From assembly GCA_963740315.1 (NCBI GenBank), contig CAVUDP010000002.1, positions 3,921,413 through 3,985,412 on the forward strand: DNA of 64,000 bases. The letters are read 5' to 3'. Within the stretch, counting starts at the first letter, position 1, and each line of letters opens with the position of its first letter. This DNA comes from an uncultured cyanobacterium. GTDB taxonomy: Bacteria > Cyanobacteriota > Cyanobacteriia > Cyanobacteriales > Nostocaceae. A model generated the notes under the pieces. The model was not told where the DNA came from. It saw only the letters and a program-made list of their open reading frames with translations, and ran no database searches. Both the position numbers and the translations under genes were made by a program. Shown piece by piece: positions 10,952-21,006 of this stretch.

Positions 10952-11779
10952 ATGCACAAAAATATCATAATATTCTTCGGATTTGAGCTTAAACCAATAA
11001 TGATGAAAAATGTATTATTACCTAAATTAATCAATCAATTTCTCTATACTTCTCTCGCTCTCTCACTCCCTCTCTCCCTCACTCTTTCCCTCGCTCCATC
11101 CTATGCCGAATCAGCGATATTAACAGTCAATACGAACCAAGCTAGAGGTTTAGACTCGAAAGCTATTGATGTAAAAGTTTGGACTGGTCGAGCAACTGCG
11201 ATTGATTTTTTAAAAGTTAACGAACGTATTACTCAAATTTTTCTAGCAGACCCGACTCACTTTACTTACGCGACCGATACACCTTTAGATAGCGGTCAAG
11301 CCACAACTATCTTCTTACGTAAAATACAGCCGCTAAAATTTCCTAATTTAACGACAACAAATATTACAAATCTATTTGTTAAGACTAAAACTACTGATGG
11401 TAAAGCAAATCTGTACACTTTTAACCTACTTCATAGTGATAGCTCACCTGCTTACAGTGGCTTAAGCCTATCTAATCAAACTCCATTACCTGATGGAAGG
11501 GAACCTACTTTAGAAGTTGGAACATTCAGGAAAGCAACAATTAAAGATATTGAAAATGGTTTAGTTTCTGCTATTCGTAAGGGTTATACTCCACCATCTG
11601 ACCCAGTTGTTACTAAAGTTAGAGAATTTATTGCATTGGCTCGAAATACTTCAGATAAATCGTTGGTTGAAATTGCTCAAAATACAAAAGTTAGTTTACC
11701 TTTATTAACTGAATTAGGATTATTAGGAATTGAAGATAGTTTAAAACAACCTTTACCCAAAAAACCGGAAGCCAAGTAA
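10952..11779 (+). CDS. Secreted T4SS component (VirB9-like); start probably ATG ~11000
   Basis: Signal peptide ending SYA|ES, beta-rich domain, follows virB10. Confidence 0.5.
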   Translation: MHKNIIIFFGFELKPIMMKNVLLPKLINQFLYTSLALSLPLSLTLSLAPSYAESAILTVNTNQARGLDSKAIDVKVWTGRATAIDFLKVNERITQIFLADPTHFTYATDTPLDSGQATTIFLRKIQPLKFPNLTTTNITNLFVKTKTTDGKANLYTFNLLHSDSSPAYSGLSLSNQTPLPDGREPTLEVGTFRKATIKDIENGLVSAIRKGYTPPSDPVVTKVREFIALARNTSDKSLVEIAQNTKVSLPLLTELGLLGIEDSLKQPLPKKPEAK

Positions 11780-11789
11780 ATTAATAGGA

Positions 11790-12704
11790 GTGAATCAGTA
11801 TTATCCTGCCATCTTTTATCCGCGCTTAATACTCAAATTTTTGGCACAGAACCCAACACCAAATTCTAAGCGACATTTTGATAAAATTGATAGTAAGAAA
11901 ATAAATTTACCGAACAAAGTAACGCATCACAACAGCTATGTTTTCAACAAAATATTTTATACATTGATTTGTCTAAATTTTTGTAGTTTTACTTATCTTT
12001 ATTTCCTTGGTTTATATCCGCTTTGGCTAATTTTCATTATTTGGGCTTCTATTAACTTAGGGTGCTTATGTTTAATATCAAGCTTACCTAAACAACCAAC
12101 GAGGAAAAATATTCCTAGTCATCTTGAGTTCAATACCAAAAAAGAAAATAAAGTAGTAATACGTCTACCGAAGCGTGAAGCAAAACTACATCGTTGGCTG
12201 AATGGAAAAGTATTACAACCACTAGGTAAGAGTGATGCTCAGAGTGGTGTTTCTGAAAAAACTTTTTATCAAATTACTAAGCGCTTCTTTCCAAATATCG
12301 TTCAAGGAGTAGCATTTCATAATCCAAAATTTCGCCATCCTTACTCAGCAGATTTCTTAATAGTACATACAAGCGGTTTAAGCATCGATATAGAAATTGA
12401 CGAACCTTATGTAGGTAATACTAAAGAACCACATCATTGTATTGACCAAAGAAAAGATAATATTAGAAATAAATTTTTTAATAACAATAATTGGGTGGTT
12501 ATTCGCTTTAGTGAAAAGCAAGCTGTTAAATATCCTTATGGTTGTTGCAAAGTGATAGCTCAAGTTATTGCTAGAGTTTCAGGTGATTTTACTTTCTTGA
12601 ATCAGTTAAATAATGTACCATCATTACCACCCGAACCCATGTGGACTATTAAGCAAGCGAAGAAGTGGGCTAGTGTTAATTACCGAAGAACTTATTTACC
12701 GTGA
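11790..12704 (+). CDS. Membrane-anchored PD-(D/E)xK nuclease-like protein (DUF559/Vsr-like)
   Basis: YSADF...IDIEIDEPY...H...D..RN..F....W.VIRFSE; two TM helices. Confidence 0.7.
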   Translation: MNQYYPAIFYPRLILKFLAQNPTPNSKRHFDKIDSKKINLPNKVTHHNSYVFNKIFYTLICLNFCSFTYLYFLGLYPLWLIFIIWASINLGCLCLISSLPKQPTRKNIPSHLEFNTKKENKVVIRLPKREAKLHRWLNGKVLQPLGKSDAQSGVSEKTFYQITKRFFPNIVQGVAFHNPKFRHPYSADFLIVHTSGLSIDIEIDEPYVGNTKEPHHCIDQRKDNIRNKFFNNNNWVVIRFSEKQAVKYPYGCCKVIAQVIARVSGDFTFLNQLNNVPSLPPEPMWTIKQAKKWASVNYRRTYLP

Positions 12705-12777
12705 AAGAGGAGTGAGGGAGTGAGAGAGGGAGAGAGTGAGGGAAATTGATACAAGAATATTATGAAGGCACTAAATA

Positions 12778-14355
12778 ATGATGAATTTAAATAATTTACC
12801 ATTACTATTTGACAGCAAACAAACTGTTGTTGCAATAGAAAGCCCTATTACTGAAAGATTTAAAATACTAGAGTTTATTCATGAATTAGCCCAAAATATT
12901 TGTTTACCATTGTATTTTTGGAATGAGGGCTATTCTAATTTACATCTGTTCAAGAATAATCGACAACTTATATCTACTCAGCACAAATGTATTTCAGGAT
13001 TAAATTGGTTATTACAAAATCCTGATATACCAGGAATATTTGTTTTTGAAGGTGTAATTTCACCTGATACTAAAATTGGTAAATTGTCTGGGCAAACAGA
13101 GATGATGCTAAGTAATTTAGTTTATGACTTAGCTGCAAATTCTGTTCCAAAATTTCTCATATGTATGGAAAGCTATGTTGAACTTCCTCACTCTTTAGCA
13201 CCTTTAATTCCAACATTAATCAATCCGTTACCTAGTCCATCAGATATTAAAACCCTTGTTCAAAACTTTTGTGATACAAAATTTTCTACAAATAATATTA
13301 AATCTGAAACTTTAGTCCGTACTTGTTTGGGTTTACCGCTTGGTGAATTAGAAATGTTACTGAAACGTTTATCTAGATTTACTAATACCTTAGAAGAATT
13401 AATTGATGGAGTATTGGATTATAAGAAGAGCAAGCTAAAAGGTCAGGGTGTGGAGTTTATAAGCGAACCAGATGTACCGAACGCTGCTGGCTTAGACTTA
13501 TTGTCAGAAATTTTAGAACGTGCTGCGGTACTACTTAAACCAGAAGCACAACAACATAACCTTAGCTTCCCAAAAGGTATGATTCTTTGGGGACCACCAG
13601 GAACGGGTAAATCTTTAAGTGCGAAATTGGCAGCGAAGAAAATGGGTGTCCCAATGGTTGCTGCTGATTGGGCTGGGTTACGGGGCGCTACTGCATACGA
13701 ATCAAGGAAGAATTTACGAGAGTTTTTACAATTTTGTGATGCGAATGGAGAACATGGTTTAGTCCTCTACTTTGATGACTTCGAGAAGGGATTCGCTGGC
13801 TTCGATTCCGATTCGGACGGTGGTGTATCGCGTCAATTAGCGGGGAAACTGCTTACTTGGATGCAAGAGAGAACATCACAAGTGTTAGTTATGGCTACCG
13901 TTAATAGATTAGAGTTTCTACCTCCGGAATTGATACGCCGTTTTGATGAGATTATTTTCGTAGACCTACCCCATGCTGGAGCAAGGTATGAGATATTCAA
14001 ATTGCATTTAGCTAAATACTTTCCAGGTCTGGATTTTTGCGAAAAAGATTGGTTACGCTTGATAAGAGAGACGAAGCTACTTACTCCGGCAGAAATCGCG
14101 CTGATGGTGAGAAAAACGGCTGAGGAAGTATTTTATCGAAATACTCAAAAGTTTCTTACTTCTGAACTTGCAAAACAACCTTTAAATGTAAGCGTAAGGG
14201 ATTTTTTAGAAACGCGATCGCAATTTACTCCCAGCATGATTCGGGAAGAAGATAAAATTGTGGAGATTCGTAATAAAGCTGCTTACGCTCGTCCGGCTGC
14301 ATCACCAGATACAAGTAGGTGGGCTAAAGAACCGGAGGTTTTATTTGGCAGTTGA
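12778..14355 (+). CDS. AAA+ ATPase (Ycf46-like)
   Basis: GPPGTGKS, YFDDFEK, ATVN, LPPELIRRFDE...VDLP. Confidence 0.85.
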   Translation: MMNLNNLPLLFDSKQTVVAIESPITERFKILEFIHELAQNICLPLYFWNEGYSNLHLFKNNRQLISTQHKCISGLNWLLQNPDIPGIFVFEGVISPDTKIGKLSGQTEMMLSNLVYDLAANSVPKFLICMESYVELPHSLAPLIPTLINPLPSPSDIKTLVQNFCDTKFSTNNIKSETLVRTCLGLPLGELEMLLKRLSRFTNTLEELIDGVLDYKKSKLKGQGVEFISEPDVPNAAGLDLLSEILERAAVLLKPEAQQHNLSFPKGMILWGPPGTGKSLSAKLAAKKMGVPMVAADWAGLRGATAYESRKNLREFLQFCDANGEHGLVLYFDDFEKGFAGFDSDSDGGVSRQLAGKLLTWMQERTSQVLVMATVNRLEFLPPELIRRFDEIIFVDLPHAGARYEIFKLHLAKYFPGLDFCEKDWLRLIRETKLLTPAEIALMVRKTAEEVFYRNTQKFLTSELAKQPLNVSVRDFLETRSQFTPSMIREEDKIVEIRNKAAYARPAASPDTSRWAKEPEVLFGS

Positions 14356-14416
14356 AAAGTATCAAGTGGAATACTTTTAAGTTCAGCATCCACTTGTTGC
14401 AAGCAAGCTAGTTTTA

Positions 14417-15197
14417 CTATTGAGTATTTTCTCTTACCGTTTCTACATCTAAATCGAGAGATTCTGCAATTTGTTCAATACTTAAACCTAGCTTAATTAG
14501 TTTAGGAATTGTCTCCAGCTTATTTTTGAGAATTCCTTCCTCTACTCCTTCTTGATAAACTTTACTTTTCTTCAAAGAATCTAAGTTCAACATAGTCTCT
14601 ATTTCCTCCACGCTCAAACTTGAAAATTTGTCAATCACCACTGCCTTTATAAATTCTAAGACTTTTTCCTCCAAAGTGGCATCGGTTAGCTCTTGTCGAG
14701 CTTGACTCATCAACTGTCTTGCAAATTCACCAGTTTTTTCTTGGCTTTTATTCTCGACTATTAAGCGCATAACTCCCACCGACAGCGATGTTTCTGAAGT
14801 TTTTGCTAATTCATCAAGATAAAAACGACGCAGATGCGGTAATAAGAAATTTAAGTAGCCAGGGAAATTACCTTCACTACTTTTTGCATCATAGATAACT
14901 ATGGCATACCATTCTTCATTTGGAGGTTGGTACGCTCGTTAAATAAAGAATAATTTCAGCAGCAAGTTGATTGTAAAAATTATCATCTTTGTAGGAATGA
15001 GCCTCTAAAAAATAAATTGCTTCCGAAGGGTGATTTTCGGGAGTTAAAAGTAAACCATCTAAACGAAAGCCCCTTTGTTTGATTTCTGGGGCGCTGAATT
15101 TATAGACGCTTGGGTCTTTCTCTGGTTGACCAATTAATTCAAAGAATAATTCAGGTATTTCCTTGAATACTTCGTAGAAAAGCGGGTCGGCAGTCAT
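14417..15197 (-). pseudogene. Rpn-family recombination-promoting nuclease/DUF2887, split by +1 frameshift near 14935
   Basis: N-part MTADPLFY...EIKQRGFRLDG...YFLE; shifted frame continues YQPPNEEWYAIVIYD...LRRFYLDEL into the 14417..14779 ORF ending LSIEQIAESLDLDVETVR. Confidence 0.8.
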
Positions 15198-15384
15198 GCA
15201 CTTTTTACTGGTTACATTATCAATGTTATTAGTCTACAACGTTTTGTTTTCTGTGTTAGTAATAATGTACTTAGCAACGCCTAAAATTTTTAGCCTACTT
15301 TTAGTTTCTTAAGTTACTTGTAGTTAAAAATGATTTTATTACAGGGACATTCTCTTCATTAATCACAATATATATTATTAACAG

Positions 15385-15415
15385 TATCACTATTGTGATA
15401 AACATATTTACGTCA
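15385..15415. promoter_or_regulatory. Palindromic operator plus TTTACGTCA upstream of tra operon 2
   Basis: TATCACTATTGTGATA, 6 bp, TTTACGTCA; matches 1228-1258. Confidence 0.55.
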
Positions 15416-15479
15416 ATAGTAAATCACTTTTATTCAGGAAATTGACTAAAAATAATAAATAATATATCAACACAGATGA

Positions 15480-16640
15480 ATGAAAATTGCTCAATTTATC
15501 ACTTTGAAAGCTATTTCTATTCTCGCCGCTTCCATTAGTATCTACTCAAGTTCAACTTTTGCACAAAGCCAAACTAATTTACCTACCCGTATGATTTCTT
15601 CAGAGGGAGGTAAGCAGGTATTACTACCTGACTGGCAAAGAATTTCATTTAACAATATGCCACCAATACAAGAAAGTGGTTCAATAAAAGCGAACGGATT
15701 ATCTCGTGAATGGAATGCAGGGGATACTCCTGATAGATATTTAACTTTAGGAGATATTGATGAAACATTGAAACCACAATTATTTAGCCTTAGTAATATT
15801 ACAAGTGTTTCCAATGATTCCAATTTAAACACTTCTAACTTAGAAGATTTTCCATTATTAGGAGAACAAACAATAGAAAATTTAGCAGAAGTAGTACCAA
15901 ACTTAGGACAAACTAATATAGAGGAAATTCCACCCATAACTGCGCTCTTAAAAACAGAATCTCATCAAACTAATACCAACACAACTCTATCAAATCTTGT
16001 ATCCCAAAATCCGACTTTAGGAGAGCTAAAACTCAACCAAATAGATTTATCAACATACACAATTTCTGATATCCCGAACCTTGATGCAGTAGAGTTATCT
16101 AATTTCAAAGGTTGGGAAAATACTTTAATTAAAGACGTTCCCCAATTAAACGCTGTACCTTTAGCTTCTTTCCCTCTTCCTTTAAAAGAAGCAGGTAATA
16201 AAGTTGCCAGAATAGATTTTATCTGGGGTCGTGCTGAAAAACGTCGTCAACGCACGGTATCTGGTTCTGATGTTGCAGGTTTTTCTGTGCCATGTGAAGG
16301 TGAAGATTGTCCGCATATTGAACTTGATGATTTAGAAAATTCAGGACGTAATATTAGAGGTAAATTTGAAGGACGCTCTTGGATTAGCGGAAAATATCAA
16401 AAAGTGGAAGGTGGTTGGGGTTGTTTAAAATCAGTAAATGGAGGCAAGGAACCCACTGGAAGATTACCTTATGGAAGCGCTTTTAAAGTAGTAGTTATGG
16501 AGCCATATGAGACGACTGATACTGTTAACACAGCCCTATTCTTTCGCTTCAAAAATGTCTGTGGAGCTACACCATATTTTATTGGTCCAGTTCCGTTTTT
16601 TACTTATGAAGTTAATGCACCTATTTTTATTGGAGACTGA
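15480..16640 (+). CDS. Secreted conjugation-associated protein
   Basis: Signal peptide (TFA|QS), Leu-Pro repeats, paired Cys, C-terminal TPYFIGPVPF; upstream of virD4. Confidence 0.65.
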   Translation: MKIAQFITLKAISILAASISIYSSSTFAQSQTNLPTRMISSEGGKQVLLPDWQRISFNNMPPIQESGSIKANGLSREWNAGDTPDRYLTLGDIDETLKPQLFSLSNITSVSNDSNLNTSNLEDFPLLGEQTIENLAEVVPNLGQTNIEEIPPITALLKTESHQTNTNTTLSNLVSQNPTLGELKLNQIDLSTYTISDIPNLDAVELSNFKGWENTLIKDVPQLNAVPLASFPLPLKEAGNKVARIDFIWGRAEKRRQRTVSGSDVAGFSVPCEGEDCPHIELDDLENSGRNIRGKFEGRSWISGKYQKVEGGWGCLKSVNGGKEPTGRLPYGSAFKVVVMEPYETTDTVNTALFFRFKNVCGATPYFIGPVPFFTYEVNAPIFIGD

Positions 16641-16845
16641 AGGTAAGGAGTGAGGGAGTGAGGGAGTGAGGGAGTGAGAAATTTTTATAGTTAATCTTAA
16701 AACAGGATATGAGTAGTAGTTTTTTAACAAAAAGTGTACGCTTTCTCATTTATTTTAATCTTAGTTTTGGAATTATCTTATTAATCGTAACCTTATTGAT
16801 ATATAGGCTTTAACAATTATTTTTAAGCATAAAAAATATTCAGAT

Positions 16846-18669
16846 ATGAATAAATATATATTATTGTCTGAGAATAGTACTAGTAAAACTGTCATTGAAC
16901 AAAAACCAAATGGGATAAAGTCAAGTCTTGATATAAATGGACTTTTCAAGACTTTCGCTAATCCCGAAGGTTTAGCAATGATAGGAATTTTAGTATTCTT
17001 ATTCATATTAAGTCAATTTTCTAGTGGTAAAAAAGGTAAGATTTCTACGGGAAGAGTAGTAGGAAGAGGAGAAAAACTAGCTGCAACAAACCTCGCTCTT
17101 AAACAAATTGAAGAACGCAATCACAATAAGGTAACTTTTTGGTGTGGTTCACCTCGCTATTGGTTCTCTGGTAGATTTAGAAAATTTGGTGCATCACTTC
17201 AAACTTTCCTTGGAGCATCACCAACCGTTTGGATTCCCCATGCGGAACGTTCTACTCTTGTTCTTGGCGCTCCTGGTTCTGGTAAAACTTTCGGCACTAT
17301 TGACCGTATGGCAGAAAGTTGTATGATGCAAGGTTTTCCCCTAATTGTCTATGACAAGAAAGGCGACCAAATGAAATTACTCGCACCACTTGCAGCACGC
17401 TATGGTTACGATGTGCGAATATTTGCTCCTGGTGAACCGTACAGCGAAGTAATCAACCCGCTCGATTTTATGGAGAATCAGGAAGACTCGGTGAGTGCAG
17501 GACAAATTGCTCAGGTAATAAATGCAAATGCTGGTGGTAGCGGTAAAGGTGATGAGTTTTTCTCAAAAGCTGCTGATTTATTAGCTAAAGCACTAATTCA
17601 GTTGGCAAAGGGTAGCGATTGTCCGGATTTAGCAACCGTTTACTGCATCCAGTCAGTTGATGATTTTATCAACAAATTACACGCAGCAGTACAAGCAGGC
17701 ACAGTTTCTCGTTGGGTTGCTGCTTCGTTTCAACAATATCTAAAAGCAAAGGATAGCGAGAAAACTATCGCAAGCATTGACACAACCACAGTGGGAATAT
17801 TTTCTGCTTTTATCCAAAGGTCGCTTCTTTCTTCTTTCATTGGTAAAAGTACAATTTCTACCAAATTATCAGGAAAACAAATCCTGATTTTTAAATTAGA
17901 TGACCCCAGACGTGATGTGGTCGGACCATTGCTTGCAGCTGCACTTCATATGACAATTGTCAGCAATTTATGTACTCCCAGAAAAGATCCACTGGGAATA
18001 TTTATCGACGAATTACCATCGCTCTACCTCAAAGCATTACCCCAATGGATTAACGAGTACAGAAGTAACGGAGCTTGTTTTGTTCTGGGTGTTCAATCTT
18101 TAGAACAACTAGCTAATACATATGGTGAAAATTTAGCAGCTGCTATAACTAGCGCTTGCAGTACTAAAGTTCTCTACAACCCAGCAAATTACTCAACTGC
18201 GGATAAGTTTTCTCAGTCCTTTGGACACAAAGAATTCATTGTCAAAAATAAATCTATCAGTGATTCCAAGGAAGGACGAACGGTAACTTGGACGGATAAT
18301 TTGCAAACAATGCCAATTCTCACTCCAGATGAAATTATGCGCTTCCCGCAAGGAAAATGCGTGATTACCAATCCTGGTTATACATCCGGAGCAGAAGGTT
18401 CAATTCCCTATCCTTTAACTATCCCCATTCCTTTTGCAGATATAGAGCGAATAAATAGAAGCGAGCAACTTTGGTCGGAGCAAATTTATCCAAGATTACT
18501 TGTGCGCTCCCCGATTGGTGATGTTAATCAATTAGATGAAGCTATAGATTTGAGAGAGCGAATTGCACAGCAACTTTTAACTACTGGGGAACATTCAGTA
18601 TCTACACTCAATCAAGTAGATAGCAAAGAAATAGAATTAATTAGCCCTCATAGTAATGAGGTTTGGTAG
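16846..18669 (+). CDS. virD4: Type IV coupling protein (VirD4/TraG-like)
   Basis: N-terminal TM, GAPGSGKT, YDKKG, FIDELP, GVQSLEQL..YG. Confidence 0.9.
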   Translation: MNKYILLSENSTSKTVIEQKPNGIKSSLDINGLFKTFANPEGLAMIGILVFLFILSQFSSGKKGKISTGRVVGRGEKLAATNLALKQIEERNHNKVTFWCGSPRYWFSGRFRKFGASLQTFLGASPTVWIPHAERSTLVLGAPGSGKTFGTIDRMAESCMMQGFPLIVYDKKGDQMKLLAPLAARYGYDVRIFAPGEPYSEVINPLDFMENQEDSVSAGQIAQVINANAGGSGKGDEFFSKAADLLAKALIQLAKGSDCPDLATVYCIQSVDDFINKLHAAVQAGTVSRWVAASFQQYLKAKDSEKTIASIDTTTVGIFSAFIQRSLLSSFIGKSTISTKLSGKQILIFKLDDPRRDVVGPLLAAALHMTIVSNLCTPRKDPLGIFIDELPSLYLKALPQWINEYRSNGACFVLGVQSLEQLANTYGENLAAAITSACSTKVLYNPANYSTADKFSQSFGHKEFIVKNKSISDSKEGRTVTWTDNLQTMPILTPDEIMRFPQGKCVITNPGYTSGAEGSIPYPLTIPIPFADIERINRSEQLWSEQIYPRLLVRSPIGDVNQLDEAIDLRERIAQQLLTTGEHSVSTLNQVDSKEIELISPHSNEVW

Positions 18670-18676
18670 AGACATG

Positions 18677-18775
18677 AAGAAGGCAGTTGGCAGTCGGCAG
18701 TCGGCAGTGGGAAAAAATAATTAAGACTTAGGTAACTGGTGGTAACAATTATTTTTTCATGGGGACTGCCTTCTT
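18677..18775. repeat. ~100-bp element with 11-bp terminal inverted repeat and GGCAGTC heptamers (copy 1)
   Basis: AAGAAGGCAGT...ACTGCCTTCTT; similar copy at 31229-31321. Confidence 0.75.
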
Positions 18776-19586
18776 AATAAAACTATATTTTTGTCATTGA
18801 GAAGTCGAATACAGTTAATATATAGCAGTTAGCTAGATACTTGATATCGCCAAAAAAGCATTAAAAAGCTAAATATTGACTTATTATCACAGTATTTATA
18901 ACTATTGTGCAACTTTCTAAACTGTCACCGAAGTATTTTGTATTACTATTCTCTTGAATCCAAAATTATATAAGCATAGTTACAAAGTTTTCTCTTGTAA
19001 GAAATTATTCTCAGTATATACCTTGTTTTTATCTAGTTAAAGAAAAAATCCACATAGCAAATGACTTATCTCTTGATTACTCTTGTTTTGTCACAGATTT
19101 AACGACTTATAGTAGTGGCTCCTCCCGATTTTTCTACCTGTATAGAATTTGAATATTTTTAATATAGTTTGTATATCAAATAATACATCCGATTAGTATT
19201 TTCTTTGTATCAATAAAAACGATTAGACTACACAATTTTAAAATAATTTGATTGATTAATTTTTGTCGTATTTTTTTGTATCACTTATGATGGGTAAGAA
19301 CATCGAATTCCGGACAGATTAGAGTTTCGTCGAAACGTAAAATTTTCTTAAGAAATAAGAATTATTTATTCATCAAAGTGCATCGATAATTATCAGTTAA
19401 TCACGAAGTTTGTCTAGATAAAAGTTCGATATTTCTCTCCTAAATCCGCTTTGTGTTTATAACTAATTGAGGTCAAGGTATATAGTGGTGGCAATATATT
19501 AAATTGCCACTATTGTTGAAACCATTATATGGAGGGCGGGTTTTTCCATCACTAAGACCTATGGTGGAATATTCGCGTGAATAAAA

Positions 19587-19967
19587 ATGACAAATTCGAG
19601 TCAACTATTCTCTAAAAAATATCTTCAAGATGGGGATTTTTTAGTAGCTATTGAGCGCATCAAAATAAAGCACAAATTATTTAGAGTCATTGCTTATAAA
19701 TTAGCGACTGGGGAGACTGCTATTACAACTCGACAAATGGCAGTTTCTGTTAAAAAACCATCTTACACGGCTCGTCAATTTATGCGGAAGATGGGAGTTG
19801 AGCCAGTTCGAGTTCAAATGCCCAATCGCTCGGTGACAGATATGATTTCCATTTCAATCGTCATGGCTTTTTGGAAATCTCTAAACGAATCTGGTGAGGG
19901 GAATCCACTTACCAAAATAGGTCAAAAATATTTGGACGAATATTTAACTGAATCCGAAGTCAGTTAG
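19587..19967 (+). CDS. Hypothetical basic protein, possibly DNA-binding
   Basis: 126-aa ORF heading the replication operon. Confidence 0.6.
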   Translation: MTNSSQLFSKKYLQDGDFLVAIERIKIKHKLFRVIAYKLATGETAITTRQMAVSVKKPSYTARQFMRKMGVEPVRVQMPNRSVTDMISISIVMAFWKSLNESGEGNPLTKIGQKYLDEYLTESEVS

Positions 19968-20082
19968 AGAGGAGTGGGGGAGGGGAAGAGGAGGGAGGGA
20001 GTGAGAGAGGGAGAGAGGGAGGGAGGATTTTGATGAAATTTTTTGACTTCTGGCTTCAAGTAAACTAAGCAAATCTAGCTAT

Positions 20083-21006
20083 ATGGTACTTCAAACACAG
20101 ACAAATGCTATCTCAGATGGCATTCACAAGAGTGTGGAAACAAACGGTTTCTATCAAACACCTAATTCAATGGCTATCAAAGCTATTCGTGGAAAATTGA
20201 CTGCTGCTGATTGGGCTTTATGGTCTTATTTACAAATGATAGACCCTTTTGGAGACAAGATGATTGAATTACCGAAAATTCCAGAAATAGCTGAAGCTAT
20301 AGGAATAAGCTCGCGACAAATCAAACGCTCTCTTTCGCGTTTGGAAGAATTAGAGCTTTATGTTTGGGAACCTATTTTAGTTCGCGGTCAAAATTTAGCT
20401 GGTAAAAAAGCGAAAGAGCTTTGTCAACAGAAAAGAATAAATAAATCCTCTGAAAAAAATAAAATGACAGATTTGTCCGACTCTGGACAATCCTGTCCAA
20501 ATGATGACAGAATTGTCCAAGTTGTGACAGATTTGTCAAAAAATGGACAGAATTGTCCAAATCGAGAGCCAGAACCCTTGCCTAGCAATGGCTCTAAATC
20601 CCCTCAGACTTATTCAGACTTTATACAGACTCTCTCAGAAGGCGAGAGAGAAAATTTTTTGGAATTTTCAAAAAAGAAAGCTGCCTCATTACCAAAACCT
20701 CCGCAACTAACTATCAAGTGGATTGAAGCCAACTTTGAAGATTTACATTGCCAATGGTTGGACACGAAGAAGCAAAATTGTAAATATAACTTCGAGGCTT
20801 ACAGCGAATCGCAGCACAAAATGTGGTATAGACAACTGCAAGTTGTTGTGGAAGGAGCAATAAAGCTCGGCGATGATAAAAATTTACAGCTATTTTTCAA
20901 AGACGATTTTTACAAATGCTGGTTCAATTGGGCGAAATCAACCCGTGCAGATGTCCGCGAACTTTTAGCAAATAGTCCAATACTGGAGCAGAAGGATTAT
21001 GAATGA
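20083..21006 (+). CDS. Putative replication initiator (N-terminal winged HTH)
   Basis: HTH IPEIAEAIGISSRQIKRSLSRLEELEL; internal iterons; overlaps the dnaB start. Confidence 0.7.
   Translation: MVLQTQTNAISDGIHKSVETNGFYQTPNSMAIKAIRGKLTAADWALWSYLQMIDPFGDKMIELPKIPEIAEAIGISSRQIKRSLSRLEELELYVWEPILVRGQNLAGKKAKELCQQKRINKSSEKNKMTDLSDSGQSCPNDDRIVQVVTDLSKNGQNCPNREPEPLPSNGSKSPQTYSDFIQTLSEGERENFLEFSKKKAASLPKPPQLTIKWIEANFEDLHCQWLDTKKQNCKYNFEAYSESQHKMWYRQLQVVVEGAIKLGDDKNLQLFFKDDFYKCWFNWAKSTRADVRELLANSPILEQKDYE
20466..20640. repeat. Putative origin of replication: 5 iterons GACA-N4-TGTC at exact 20-bp period plus CAGACT repeats
   Basis: Copies at 20466, 20486, 20506, 20526, 20546; CAGAC(T) at 20605, 20615, 20626 and partial at 20636; A-rich tract upstream. 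Confidence 0.75.

Noticed and set aside
18776..19586. Long AT-rich intergenic region as ncRNA or NtcA-controlled promoter
   Set aside because: Only a short dyad (19488-19510) and imperfect GTA-N8-TAC matches; not enough support
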